Shown here: positions 1 through 10,889 of the stretch, one piece after another
How the letters are laid out: every line of letters begins with the position of its first letter
How positions within the stretch are numbered: the stretch's first letter is position 1
Assembly (NCBI GenBank): GCA_030141605.1
Contig: JAQGDQ010001857.1
Location: 1-23,273 of the forward strand
DNA: 23,273 nucleotides
DNA from: Tubiluchus corallicola
Taxonomy: Eukaryota > Animalia > Priapulida
Reading direction: 5' to 3'
Position numbers and translations under genes: made by a program
The notes under the pieces: model-generated
The model's input: the letters and a program-made list of their open reading frames with translations, nothing else
Databases searched by the model: none
What the model was told of the DNA's origin: nothing

Positions 1-825
1 AAATAAATATTTTCCTTTGTAAAAGAAAAAACAATAATATAAATTATAATTGAGACTACTGGTATGCCTCTGGACATCAAGCTAATCACACCATGACTAA
101 AGAAATATTTCCGTACATTAGGGAAGAAAGTTAATCAGAAAGTCCCAGAAACCGACGAAAAAGTCTAAAAAAGAAATCAGTTGACCGTACTATACGTTAA
201 TACCTTCATTCAAATCTTATATACGGATAAATTTAGTACTACGTCCTTGATTTATTCTAAATACGGCAAAAACATTATTATGAATTTAGCCTTTTGCCTC
301 TCCGTTATTAATAGAACAAAGTTCGCTCTACTGTACAGAAATTTAGGTAAAGTCAAGCAAACAAAAGGGCTGTTTCAGAAATTTCAATTTACCACCATAT
401 AAATTAGTGCGCTATTTTAGAAATGAACATCATTCGGGAAAGAAGTGCGACGTCGTGTGACGCAAATATGATCTTTATCAACGACTTAGTCTCCGTCTCA
501 TCGATTTTGAAACAAGTTGATAAAAATTTTAAGCACGAAATAAAAAATAATATGTTCCTCTATCTATCCTAAGCACCAGAACGTGTTTGTAAGAAGTACA
601 GAAATCCCCTGTAGCATAAAAACAGAACATAAAATATCGCTGTAGTCATTGATTTTGTAGATAGCATATCAACTTCCAGCATCATATCACCCGCTATACA
701 AAGCAGGCGCACTATAGGTCAACAATAACTAAGTGCAACTTTAAATTTCTTAATAATATAGTCTTTCTGAAATTAAAGGAAATCTAGGCCAGACTGATCT
801 TCGATTACTTGGCGGACATGGTACG

Positions 826-1281
826 CAAGGCCGGCTATAGCTAACATTAGGCAAGCAGTTGCCTAGGGCACGAAATAATTTGAGGTGTGCCAAATTGTGG
901 GAGTAGCTGTTTGATTTTTAGTTTTAGCATATGTAGAAACAGATCTAGCATAGGCTTGTGTGTAGTTGCTTACATAAGTGCACAAAACTTTTTATTAAAT
1001 GAAAAGACCTATACCTATGCACAACTTTTTCAATGTCAAAATGTATGGTTCATTGATGCTAAAACAGAGATGTCTTCTGCAATAAAATCTTTTAACTACT
1101 TTTCCTTTACCTGGCCTCCTAAAATTACGACATTTTGTGCAGAAATTACTGAAGCCTAATCCTACTTTTGTCCATCATTTATATTTTACGCATGGCACAG
1201 CATAGCTAAGTACATGAAAAAAAAGCTTATGGGGGTTCCAAAGATTTTGTGATCAAAAGGCTGCATGAAAATCTGGCCACG
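826..1281. mobile_element. Possible old hAT-like MITE
   Basis: CAAGGCCGGC...TAGGCAAGCAGTTGCCTAGGGC left end and AATCTGGCCACG right end resemble CAGGGCCGG/CCGGCCCTG termini; no clean TSD. Confidence 0.3.
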
Positions 1282-1499
1282 AGTATGTACATGAAGGGCA
1301 TGGAGCAGAACTAAAAGATATGTTGATTGCTCTGAATACGGAGGACCCACAATTATGGGGTTATAATTTCAATTTCAAGTTCAATCGGCACAACCAGATC
1401 AAATTTCATGAATGATAACTAGGTTGTTTCCAGGGCCAATTAAGTAACGTAACTTATTCAATAAGGTTTAAAGAACTAAATCAAACTATTTTAAGTATA

Positions 1500-1555
1500 T
1501 ACTGCCCTAACTACTTTTTATGCACTGATGTAATTTCAAAGTAGCTAGGGCAATA
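1500..1555. repeat. Short inverted repeat (18-bp arms, 2 mismatches)
   Basis: TACTGCCCTAACTACTTT vs AAAGTAGCTAGGGCAATA. Confidence 0.65.
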
Positions 1556-1859
1556 ACACATTATAAGAATTCACATAATTATGTTAAAAAGCTTGAAGCT
1601 GTAAAGATCGAAGCTCAGTGGAACTTACTACTGAACAAAAGAAAGCAAAGTGTGCTTTTAAAATGCAAAGATCTTGTTGATTGGAAGTAGTGAATGGGAT
1701 AAAAAAAGGTGCAGTTATCAGTCTAGTTTTGTTTGTCATCCTTATGACAATCTTCAAATGACAAAGAGGAGTCGATCGTGTCTATTTTGGAAGTTTGGCG
1801 AAGACATGAGTATGTTTTCTGGAGTGTCAAGTCTGAAAACCATAGAAATATTACAATAT

Positions 1860-1861
<2 letters not shown>

Positions 1862-1903
<42 letters not shown>

Positions 1904-1948
1904 ATATATATATATATTAAGCCCATACCAAGAATATTAATATATAGA
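1862..1948 (-). repeat. (TA)n microsatellite attached to a copy of the Helitron-like 5' terminus
   Basis: The reverse complement of 1925-1949 is ATCTATATATTAATATTCTTGGTAT, identical to 5426-5450; both copies are followed by (TA)n. Confidence 0.7.
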
Positions 1949-3227
1949 TAGCAGATAACTCACACTAGCTAAATCTGCTCACAGGATTGTATATGCTTTT
2001 GAAAGTGGACAATCTGGAAAGTGGATGAAGTGGAAATCTAGGATTCATCATTAAAAAGGTGTGTGAGTGAATGGGGATAACAGCCTGCTGAAGGAAAAAA
2101 ATTAGGAGTAATCATTCGAACGAGTCCTGGCGCACAAAGCCTCCCATTTATGGCAATAGGCAAAGTGAAGGAGAATTCATGACATTATTTTAAATTATCA
2201 AGGTGCCAAAAAATTTTTTCAGCTATATTAGAATGTCCGCCAAATCATTTTACTGGACCAACAGATTGTCAGGCGTGTATATTGTACAATATGATTGATT
2301 GGTAATTCCTGCATGTAATGTAGATTTCTTATGTACACTGTAGTAAAATGACAGTTGTAAATAAGTTGTCAGTTAAAAATGCTCTTAATATTTATAGCAT
2401 ATCGGTGTTATGAATTCTTGTAATATTAATTAATTAGACACCATAAAAACCACAAATACGCTAATTATCCTATTAGGGATCACCAAAAAACGCCTTATGG
2501 CAATTGAAATTAATGCCAAAATTCATCTCACAATAAGACGCCTTATGAACCACTCAAAACTTGGCATCATCGACCTCTTCAAGATACGCATCGGTAACTG
2601 TGACATACCACAGTGGTATTTAAAGCAGCTTAATTTCGTGCATTTATTCATTCTAAGCATTGTATAGAAATTGTGTTGTAGAATTCATGGGTAGTACGAA
2701 TATATAGATTAAAAGCTAGAAAAAGCTATTTCAATGAGTCCACCTTAGTTGTTAAAAGTTTCTACAATTGCTGCACTACGTACATACATGTACACTTCAT
2801 GTGGAAAATCTTTCTGTCAACCTTTTCATCTGAAAATTTCTGAAACCCTGACTCCTCTTTTTTTAAGTATTCCCATTTCATTATTTTCATAATCTTCAGA
2901 AACATAGCTCTGGTCTGGCTGCTGTTCAAATAAGTGCACGCCCATTAGCTTTTTCACATTCATGACGTGCATTAATCCTTGGAGGCTGACGGCTTCAATT
3001 TCTTATAAGTTTATACAACATAATTAAATAAATGATATTGCAAGAAACTGCTTAGCTGATTATAGCATAGTTGCAAACAATAGAAATTATGAGTAAATGT
3101 AGTGTAACGAGTCAGTCAGTATATCGCCTTCCTGAAATGACATAAATCTCAGAAAGCCAGGTAAAGCAAAAGTGGAAAGCGCTTGTTGTAGGAAGACAGC
3201 TTCATGTTATGATGGATGAATTATACA

Positions 3228-3335
3228 TTTGGCATGAAAATAATGCAGAAAATGCATTTCATTTAATTAGCGTTGTGCACTTAAGACTTAGGTCCTAATT
3301 AATTATGCATTTTACTGCATCATTTTTATGACAAA
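3228..3335. repeat. Imperfect inverted repeat, about 40-bp arms with a 24-bp spacer
   Basis: TTTGGCATGAAAATAATGCAGAAAATGCAT...TTAATTAG pairs with CTAATTAA...ATGCATTTTACTGCATCATTTTTATGACAAA. Confidence 0.65.
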
Positions 3336-4505
3336 CTTAAAAATTAAAGAACTGCTCCTAGAATTTGGCGCCCCCGCCAAAAAAAATTTGGGGCCATTTT
3401 CTAGTTAAATCTAAAACTATAAAACTCAATTTACCACAACAACGTGTCTGCTACGTGTAAAATCTGTTAGCACTAATTTACGTAACTATGGCTAGCTGTC
3501 AAAATTATTGGTCTAGACCATGGCGAACTCGTTGCCTATGGATTTGCAAAAATGCGCAACAGGATATTTGGGCATGCGTATTTCGTTTGTTATCGCCATT
3601 GCTTAACGCAAACATGGAGGATTATGTTAGTAAAATTTAATTTTTTGGGTTTTACCCCTTTATGTTTAGAACATCTGTTGCATTCTTAGGCCTTCGTCAT
3701 CAACTGCAATATTAGTTTTTCCTGGTAGTATGCTGTATGTTCAACTTTACTTGTAGTTTTCACGTTGTTTTATACTTCCACCTTCCCTCGATTTCAAAGC
3801 TTTCAAAATTCGAATGACATTAAAGCCTGTCATACTCGTATCATGCTAGAACAATTATAGCTACAATATTTGCGTTACAAGTCTACTTACTAACTGTAGC
3901 TGGTAAACTTTGTTGCATATTGAACAGAATACTATGCACAATTTTTTATATTTAAGGCATACCCGTCCAGATACCTCTTTGCTCTGATATTACCTTTTTA
4001 AGTTTTATATTTTAATTTTTATATAGTAGTAGTGATTGGAGTTTTCATTCTTTTGACTGTTTATAGTCTGTATTTGACATGTGTCATTACGTGAATGAGT
4101 AAAGAACGTTACACAATAAAAAGGTCATATTAAATTTGACACGTGTTAGAAGTATTACAGGTTAGAAGTTTATTTATAGTTTCAGACAAGTCTCTAATTT
4201 AAGACTAATTTTTAAGATTGTATGCCAAGGCCTAAGCTTGTAGCTAAACCCGTCGTTGTAACTCTGGCTCTTCAGTACAATGTATTTCTTAATTCATGTT
4301 TACTATGAACAATGAACTATGAATTTTATTTCACATATCAAAATACAATATTGTACACATAAATAAACAATAAATAAAATAATTTGAGTAGTGTGAGGTG
4401 AGTGTTCGACCATACGGTCATTAACACATTCACCTTACTTAAATGAAAATGAAAAAATTATTAAAGATATGCGTGCTTTTGTAGATGACTTAATGAAATT
4501 GATGT

Positions 4506-4663
4506 AATAAAGTAAATGATGTAGTAATAGCAAGGAAACATAAGGAAAACATAATATGTAATTACGATTTTGACGTAAATATTGAAATAATTTTGAAATA
4601 AAGTAAATGATGTAATAATGGCAAGGAAACATAGGAAAACATAATATGTAATTAAGATTTTGA
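4506..4663. repeat. Imperfect tandem duplication, 91-bp period
   Basis: AATAAAGTAAATGATGTA...GCAAGGAAACATA(A)GGAAAACATAATATGTAATTA.GATTTTGA at 4506 and 4597. Confidence 0.85.
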
Positions 4664-5426
4664 TACACGTAATGGCTGTAATACTGTAATAGCTAATCAA
4701 CTGGAATCTGAATTAAGTTTTTTTGAAATGTCACTCACAAATACGTTTGTTAAATAAAATAAGCATTAATTCATTTAAGTGTCCATGTCTAAGCTAATGC
4801 TGGGTATGGTACCGGTTTGTTTCTCCAGCTATGTATTATTTCTCCAGCTATTCCTCGACGTTGAAAATTTACTTTAGTTGCTGTTGTGTAATGGATATAC
4901 GTTTAATTTAATTTTAGTCACTTGGCAGAATAAGTTTTCAACTGTTCTAGATCTGTGGATCAAAGGTGTTCCGTAAATTTATTTCTTGGGCTGACTATAA
5001 AAAAATTTCATTTCTGTCTTGCCTCATGAACTCAAGAAATGTCACTAGGGAAGAAAAATCACTTAAAAATTTTTGAAGCTTTGTGAATGGTTAAAACCGA
5101 ATCGTGAAACATTTAAATTCAATAGAAATCAAACCTTGTTTATTTCTTCAGGTTAGCAATAATGTTCTAAATTTTCAGTGCACATTTTTCACATTGTTTT
5201 TTTGTTTGTTGTTTCACATCCTCGATTATCGTATAGTTTCTTTTTTGTATATTATGTAGCTAACTGTAGATAAACATGACTGTGCCTTCTCCAAAACAAC
5301 AATATAATAATTATTGTTTTCCAAGTTGAAAAATATGCTTTTGTGTGATTACAGCAGGTAAGTATATGAACGCACCAAAAAATGTAAAAATTTTCCTCCG
5401 TGTGAAAATACTTGTATATTGTTCCA

Positions 5427-5743
5427 TCTATATATTAATATTCTTGGTATATATATATATATATAAGATTCGAGGCTACAGCTTCGACGACGGCACCACT
5501 TGCGGCGATCTATATATCAAACGAGAGGTCTCGATCTAGTGTCGTCTCATTGGGGGTTTATTTTTCAAATCGGGCCCACCGGGAGGAAGGGGGGGGCGAA
5601 AAACCTCCAAAAATGGCCATTTTTCGACCGTTTTTTGCAAAAGTTACGGGCTTTGCGTTATAAATGAGGACTATGTAGGATGTTCGCGTATTATTGATTA
5701 CACGTGTATTTATACGCAAAATCTTTTGCGGGGCCTTTGCTAG
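5427..5743 (+). mobile_element. Non-autonomous Helitron-like element
   Basis: A|TCTATATA... 5' end; hairpin CGCAAAA-TC-TTTTGCG (5715-5730) 9 nt before a CTAG|T 3' end; both termini recur elsewhere in the window. Confidence 0.7.
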
Positions 5744-6070
5744 TTGTATATTATTTCAGATAGTTATCAAAAAAGTTTAAGAAGTTCGTTTTTCGTATTT
5801 GAAGCTAGATGTTATATGATGTGCATAATTTGGCACAAGTTTGATCAGTAGAGGCTATGTGATCTCCTTTATCTTTGAAGTTTTTGATATCAGTAAAAGT
5901 CTGGTTTTCAGTCTTAATTAGTAATATCCATAAATAAAAATTTGCAAATCAGTACCTGCTCAAATAATGTATTCTGATGGTTCAGCAGCCTCAAGTGCTT
6001 TGTAAAGTTTAGCTGTTTTCGCGCTTCTGCCAATAATTAGTTTTATATTCTTATTTTATTCACATTCTTA

Positions 6071-6390
6071 TATGTACAAGTCGATGTGCATTTTACGACC
6101 TAAAATTGCATCATTTTATATGTTACCTGTGTACAAGTCGACCATAAAATATTAAGATCTTCCAGAGTAAATGATGTCAACAATGGCCGAGTAATAAATC
6201 AGTAGCCTACTGTGTTAGTGTGTAAGATGCGTGCAAGTGCCTGGGCCGAGTATATTATACCTACCCGATTCATTTTGTAGACGACTCTTTAGCGACATCT
6301 CCCAAAAACATGTCGTAAGTATAAGTCGACCTGAAAAATTTCACCTTAAAATCGCCTCCCAAAAATTTGACTTGTACATAGTTTTTACAG
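6071..6390. mobile_element. Degenerate Tc1/mariner-pogo-like MITE
   Basis: IR TATGTACAAGTCGA (6071-6084) / TTGACTTGTACATA (6367-6380); internal AAGTCGACC copies near 6136 and 6323; termini eroded. Confidence 0.5.
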
Positions 6391-6589
6391 TTTTTACACA
6401 TACAACATAAATTAAGACAAATTTTTAGAAACTCAGCTTTAAGAGCCACTGTTCCAAGGCAGTTGGGCCGATGGAAACATTTCCGTAATTTTCATTTAAA
6501 AAATGACAACATTTTTAAAATGGCCACCAATAGACTAGAAGAATATTATGAAAAGGTGCTTCTGCAAAGTTCTAGGGGCGTTTTTTTCT

Positions 6590-6770
6590 AAAAGTGGGCG
6601 ACATAGCCAGTTTATCAACGTGACCATGTTAAATCCGAAAAAAGCTGTTGCCCGCTTGAAAAATTAAAGGAAAGCGATCAAAAAGATGACGTTATTCCGG
6701 GGCGTCTGCGATCCATTTGTGTTACTTTTGCTGCAAAAATGGTCGCGGCTTTCAAAATGGCGGCCACTCA
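6590..6770 (+). promoter_or_regulatory. Candidate promoter or first-exon region of the TIA gene, with a YY1/Pho-like motif
   Basis: Local CpG cluster in an AT-rich background; CAAAATGGCGGC at about 6753-6764; ATGs at 6739, 6757 and 6781 are in frame with the 6811 exon with no intervening stop. The motif also occurs in invertebrate transposons, so this is tentative. Confidence 0.3.
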
Positions 6771-6810
6771 TAAAGAAATTATGCTAATCAATTATTTTAT
6801 TTATTTTCAG

Positions 6811-6848
6811 GGTTTTTCAGAATCTGACGAGACTTCACCTCGCACTCT
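6811..6848 (+). CDS. TIA1: TIA1/TIAL1(TIAR)-family RNA-binding protein, N-terminal coding exon (GFSESDETSPRT-L); 5' boundary and start codon uncertain
   Basis: Branch-like GCTAAT near 6783, pyrimidine tract and TTTCAG acceptor ending at 6810, GTAAGT donor at 6849. Ends ...CCT CGC ACT CT (phase 2), which joins G TAC GTA of the next exon to give PRTLYVGNL, the family signature. A second TTTCAG ends at 6820. Confidence 0.8.
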
Positions 6849-7037
6849 GTAAGTTTTTTTATTTATTTGAAATGAATTTATAGTAAGTATTTTTATATCA
6901 CATTTTGTAATTGCATTCTTAATTCAGAAATTTGGTAGTTTCATGGACTATTTTGATTCAGTTCTAGAAGTTATTGATTGTTTTATTCCACTATTTAATT
7001 TTTCACCAAAGTGTTTCCAGGGATAACCATTTGCATG

Positions 7038-7534
7038 CAGGGATGAGAATTTTCCGTGGATACGCAGAATTTCGAGTTTTTGGAAGACCAGTAGTACCAA
7101 TTCTGTAAATCGCGTAAATTCGTTGTGAAAATTTTTACGTACATTATTTCACAAGCTGACCGCTAGTTGGCAGGCCGTCACTTTGTTTACATCACGTACA
7201 TCAGTGTAACAACGTGTATATCACTTTGTTTACATCACGTACATCAGTGTAACCATGTGTATATCTCTATGTATAAAAATGTAGAATCAATTGTGCGGAG
7301 TTATTTGAGTCAATTGCAGACAGTTTTTATATACTTCTGCATAGGAGCAGCCAGTACTTAGACGTTTTTGAGACAATTAGGTATCACGTATCCTTGATAG
7401 TTGGGTATTTTAAATTATGCACGAAACAAGGTAACTGATATTTTAAATCCACTTAGAGGTTCTCTATGGCCTATGCAGCCCCCAACCCAACGGCCTGTTT
7501 TAGAGTTTTTTGCAATTTGTCATTCTCATCCCTG
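7038..7534. mobile_element. Non-autonomous hAT-type MITE, 497 bp
   Basis: Perfect 13-bp TIRs CAGGGATGAGAAT / ATTCTCATCCCTG and a perfect 8-bp TSD TTTGCATG (7030-7037 and 7535-7542). Internal 43-bp tandem duplication at 7178-7263. Confidence 0.9.
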
Positions 7535-8612
7535 TTTGCATGTGGGATGCCTCTATGCTGGATTATGCTCTTTAGTTCTCGTACCACACTTCATGCCTGG
7601 TCTTTTTTCTGCTGTAATTTTTTTGATGTTAAGAAACATCTTTGTAATTGAAATATAAATTTTGATGAAGAGCATCTCTTGTTTGTTTGCATTTGTTCTT
7701 TTGATTAAGTGTTTGTTTTGTTTCTTTTAATATTAGAAACATTTTATAGACTAATTTTACGGCAAGTTGCTTCGTGTTCTATTGCTACTTTAGTTGCTGT
7801 AGTTATCCAGAAATATCCATAAATAACTTGTTTAATTAAGACTATTTTGGAGCATAAAAAAGGCCAATATTTGTTTGTTAAGAAAATGTCTATCACTGTC
7901 AGCTGGGAAGATAGATTTATATGCACATTTGTACTCCATATTTTAGTAATTTAATCTTTGTGTTCATCTGTACATCTTGGTTGGTTTCTAAGTATGCCCG
8001 TTGCTGACAGTGGGAGTGTGTTTCACATGTAAATAAGTTTTATTTTCTATTAATCAATAAAAGTTTGTCCCACTTTTCTAAACATTCTGGATTAGATAAA
8101 AGAAAAAAATTGCAAAATAAATGTCTTTCTTGATCTACTTAGATGAAATTATGATTCCCCAATATTGGTGAGTGAGGGTTAAAGAATATGCATGCAATTG
8201 TAATGTACTATTTAATTTAAATGTTATCTTCATGCGGTTACTATCCTATGAACATAAAATCCATGTTTCTGTCATTCGGAACATGCATTCTGTTGAAAAT
8301 GCATGTTTAGTTTTTCGAGTATAATAAAGCGAAGCCAATATAAATGCTAAATTTGTGAAAATTCCTAGAAATCTTCGGTGCGAAGGAAATTTGAAGGACG
8401 ATGTTAAGCTCATTATTTGTGATTAAATCTGGAGAACCAGTCGCTTTTCAAACAAAAGTTACATTTACACCGTGATTAATGTATTTTTTTAAAGCTAGAG
8501 TGAACTTACGGTGTTGAAAAAGTTCTTGGTGTATATTGTTGTTTTCCGTTTGTGGGAAGTATTTCACAATTTTGCTGCAAGCTTGCTTTAAACCAACTTG
8601 CAACTAAAATAC

Positions 8613-10721
8613 ATAGAAATTAAGCCACTTGTTATGCTGCATTGTTTAGTAAATGCTTGAAATGGTGTAATAGAAATTAAACCACTTGTTATGCTGCAAT
8701 GTTTAGTAAATGCTTGAAACGGTGTAATAGAAATTAAGCTACTTGTTATGCTGCATTGTTTAGTAAATGGTTGGAATGGTGTAATAGAAATTAAGCCACT
8801 TGTTATTCTGCATTGTTTAGTAAATGCTTGAAATGGTGTAATAGAAATTAAGCCACTTGTTATGCAGCATTGTTTAGTAAATGCTTGAAATGGTGTAATA
8901 GAAATTAAGGCACTTGTTATGCTGCAATGTTTAGTAAATGTTTGTAATGGTGTAATAGAAATTAAGGCACTTGTTATGCTGCAATGTTTAGTAAATGCTT
9001 GAAATGGTGTAATAGAAATTAAGCCACTTGTTATGCTGGAATGTTTAGTAAATGCTTGTAATGGTGTAATAGAAATTAAGCCACTTGTTATGCTGGAATG
9101 TTTAGTAAATGCTTGAAATGGTGTAATAGAAATTAAGCCACTTGTTATGCTGCAATGTTTAGTAAATGCTTGTAATGGTGTAATAGAAATTAAGCCACTT
9201 GTTATGCTGCAATGTTTAGTAAATGCTTGTAATGGTGTAATAGAAATTAAGCTACTTGTTATGCTGCATTGTTTAGTAAATGTTTGTAATGGTGTAATAG
9301 AAATTAAGCTACTTGTTATGCTGCATTGTTTAGTAAATGCTTGGTATGGTGTAATAGAAATTAAGCCACTTGTTATGCTGGAATGTTTAGTAAATGTTTG
9401 TAATGGTGTAATAGAAATTAAGCCACTTGTTATGCTGCATTGTTTAGTAAATGCTTGGAATGATGTAATAGAAATTAAGCCACTTGTTATGCTGCAGTGT
9501 TTAGTAAATGCTTGGAATGATGTAATAGAAATTAAGCCACTTGTTATGGTGCATTGTTTAGTAAATGCTTGTAATGGTGTAATAAAAATTAAGCCACTTG
9601 TTATGCTGCAATGTTTAGTAAATGCTTGAAATGGTGTAATAGAAATTAAGCCACTTGTTATGCTGGAATGTTTAGTAAATGGTTGGAATGGTGTAATAGA
9701 AATTAAGCCACTTGTTATGCTGCATTGTTTAGTAAATGCTTGGAATGATGTAATAGAAATTAAGGCACTTGTTATGCTGCAGTGTTTAGTAAATGCTTGG
9801 AATGATGTAATAGAAATTAAGCCACTTGTTATGCTGCATTGTTTAGTAAATGCTTGGAATGGTGTAATAGAAATTAAGCCACTTGTTATGCTGCAGTGTT
9901 TAGTAAATGCTTGGAATGGTGTAATAGAAATTAAGCCACTTGTTATGCTGCAGTGTTTAGTAAATGGTTGGAATGGTGTAATAGAAATTAAGCCACTTGT
10001 TATGCTGCATTGTTTAGTAAATGCTTGAAATGGTGTAATAGAAATTAAGCCACTTGTTATGCTGCAGTGTTTAGTAAATGCTTGAAATGGTGTAATAGAA
10101 ATTAAGCCACTTGTTATGCTGCAATGTTTAGTAAATGCTTAGAATGGTGTAATAGAAATTCAGCTACTTGTTATGCTGCATTGTTTAGTAAATGCTTGAA
10201 ATGGTGTAATAGAAATTAAGCCACTTGTTATGCTGCAGTGTTTAGTAAATGCTTGGAATGGTGTAATAGAAATTAAGCCACTTGTTATGCTGCAGTGTTT
10301 AGTAAATGGTTGGAATGGTGTAATAGAAATTAAGCCACTTGTTATGCTGGAATGTTTAGTAAATGCTTGTAATGGTGTAATAGAAATTAAGTCACTTGTT
10401 ATGCTGCAATGTTTAGTAAATGATTGGAATGGTGTAATAGAAATTAAGCCACTTGTTATGCTCCATTGTTTAGTAAATGCTTGGAATGGTATAATAGAAA
10501 TTAAGCCACTTGTTATGGTGCATTGTTTAGTAAATGCTTGGAATGATGTAATAGAAATTAAGCCACTTGTTATGCTCCATTGTTTAGTAAATGCTTGGAA
10601 TGGTATAATAGAAATTAAGCCACTTGTTATGGTGCATTGTTTAGTAAATGCTTGGAATGATGTAATAGAAATTAAGCCACTTGTTATGCTCCATTGTTTA
10701 GTAAATGCTTGGAATGGTATA
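8613..10721. repeat. 57-bp minisatellite, 37 copies, intronic
   Basis: Unit ATAGAAATTAAGCCACTTGTTATGCTGCATTGTTTAGTAAATGCTTGGAATGGTGTA; 2109 bp = 37 x 57; substitutions at a few sites; no unique spacers. Confidence 0.97.
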
Positions 10722-10792
10722 ATGTTGTTTGTGCAGTGATGTATTGACCGTGGAACTCTGCAAACTTGCATTACCAACTGTTTGTGTTGCAG

Positions 10793-10889
10793 GTACGTAG
10801 GTAATTTGGACCCATCCGTCACAGAGGAACTGATATATGCGCTTTTTGGACAAATTGGCCCAGTGAAAAGCAGTAAAATTATAAATGAA
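10793..10889 (+). CDS. TIA1: TIA1/TIAL1-family exon, first half of RRM1 (YVGNLDPSVTEELIYALFGQIGPVKSSKIINE), 97 nt
   Basis: TTTGTGTTGCAG acceptor (AG 10791-10792), GTAAGT donor at 10890, RNP2 motif LYVGNL, closely resembles TIA-1/TIAR RRM1. Phase 2 in, phase 0 out. Confidence 0.93.

Noticed and set aside
181-5539. Short ORFs in the upstream region
   Set aside because: All 90 aa or shorter, compositionally biased, several overlapping TA repeats or duplications; none resembles a known protein.
8613-10721. CRISPR array, or repeat-protein gene (ORFs 9147-9629, 9660-10028, 10230-10739, 10160-10822)
   Set aside because: Units are contiguous with no unique spacers and there are no cas genes. The ORFs arise because 57 is divisible by 3, they are broken by recurrent TGA, and the array is intronic.
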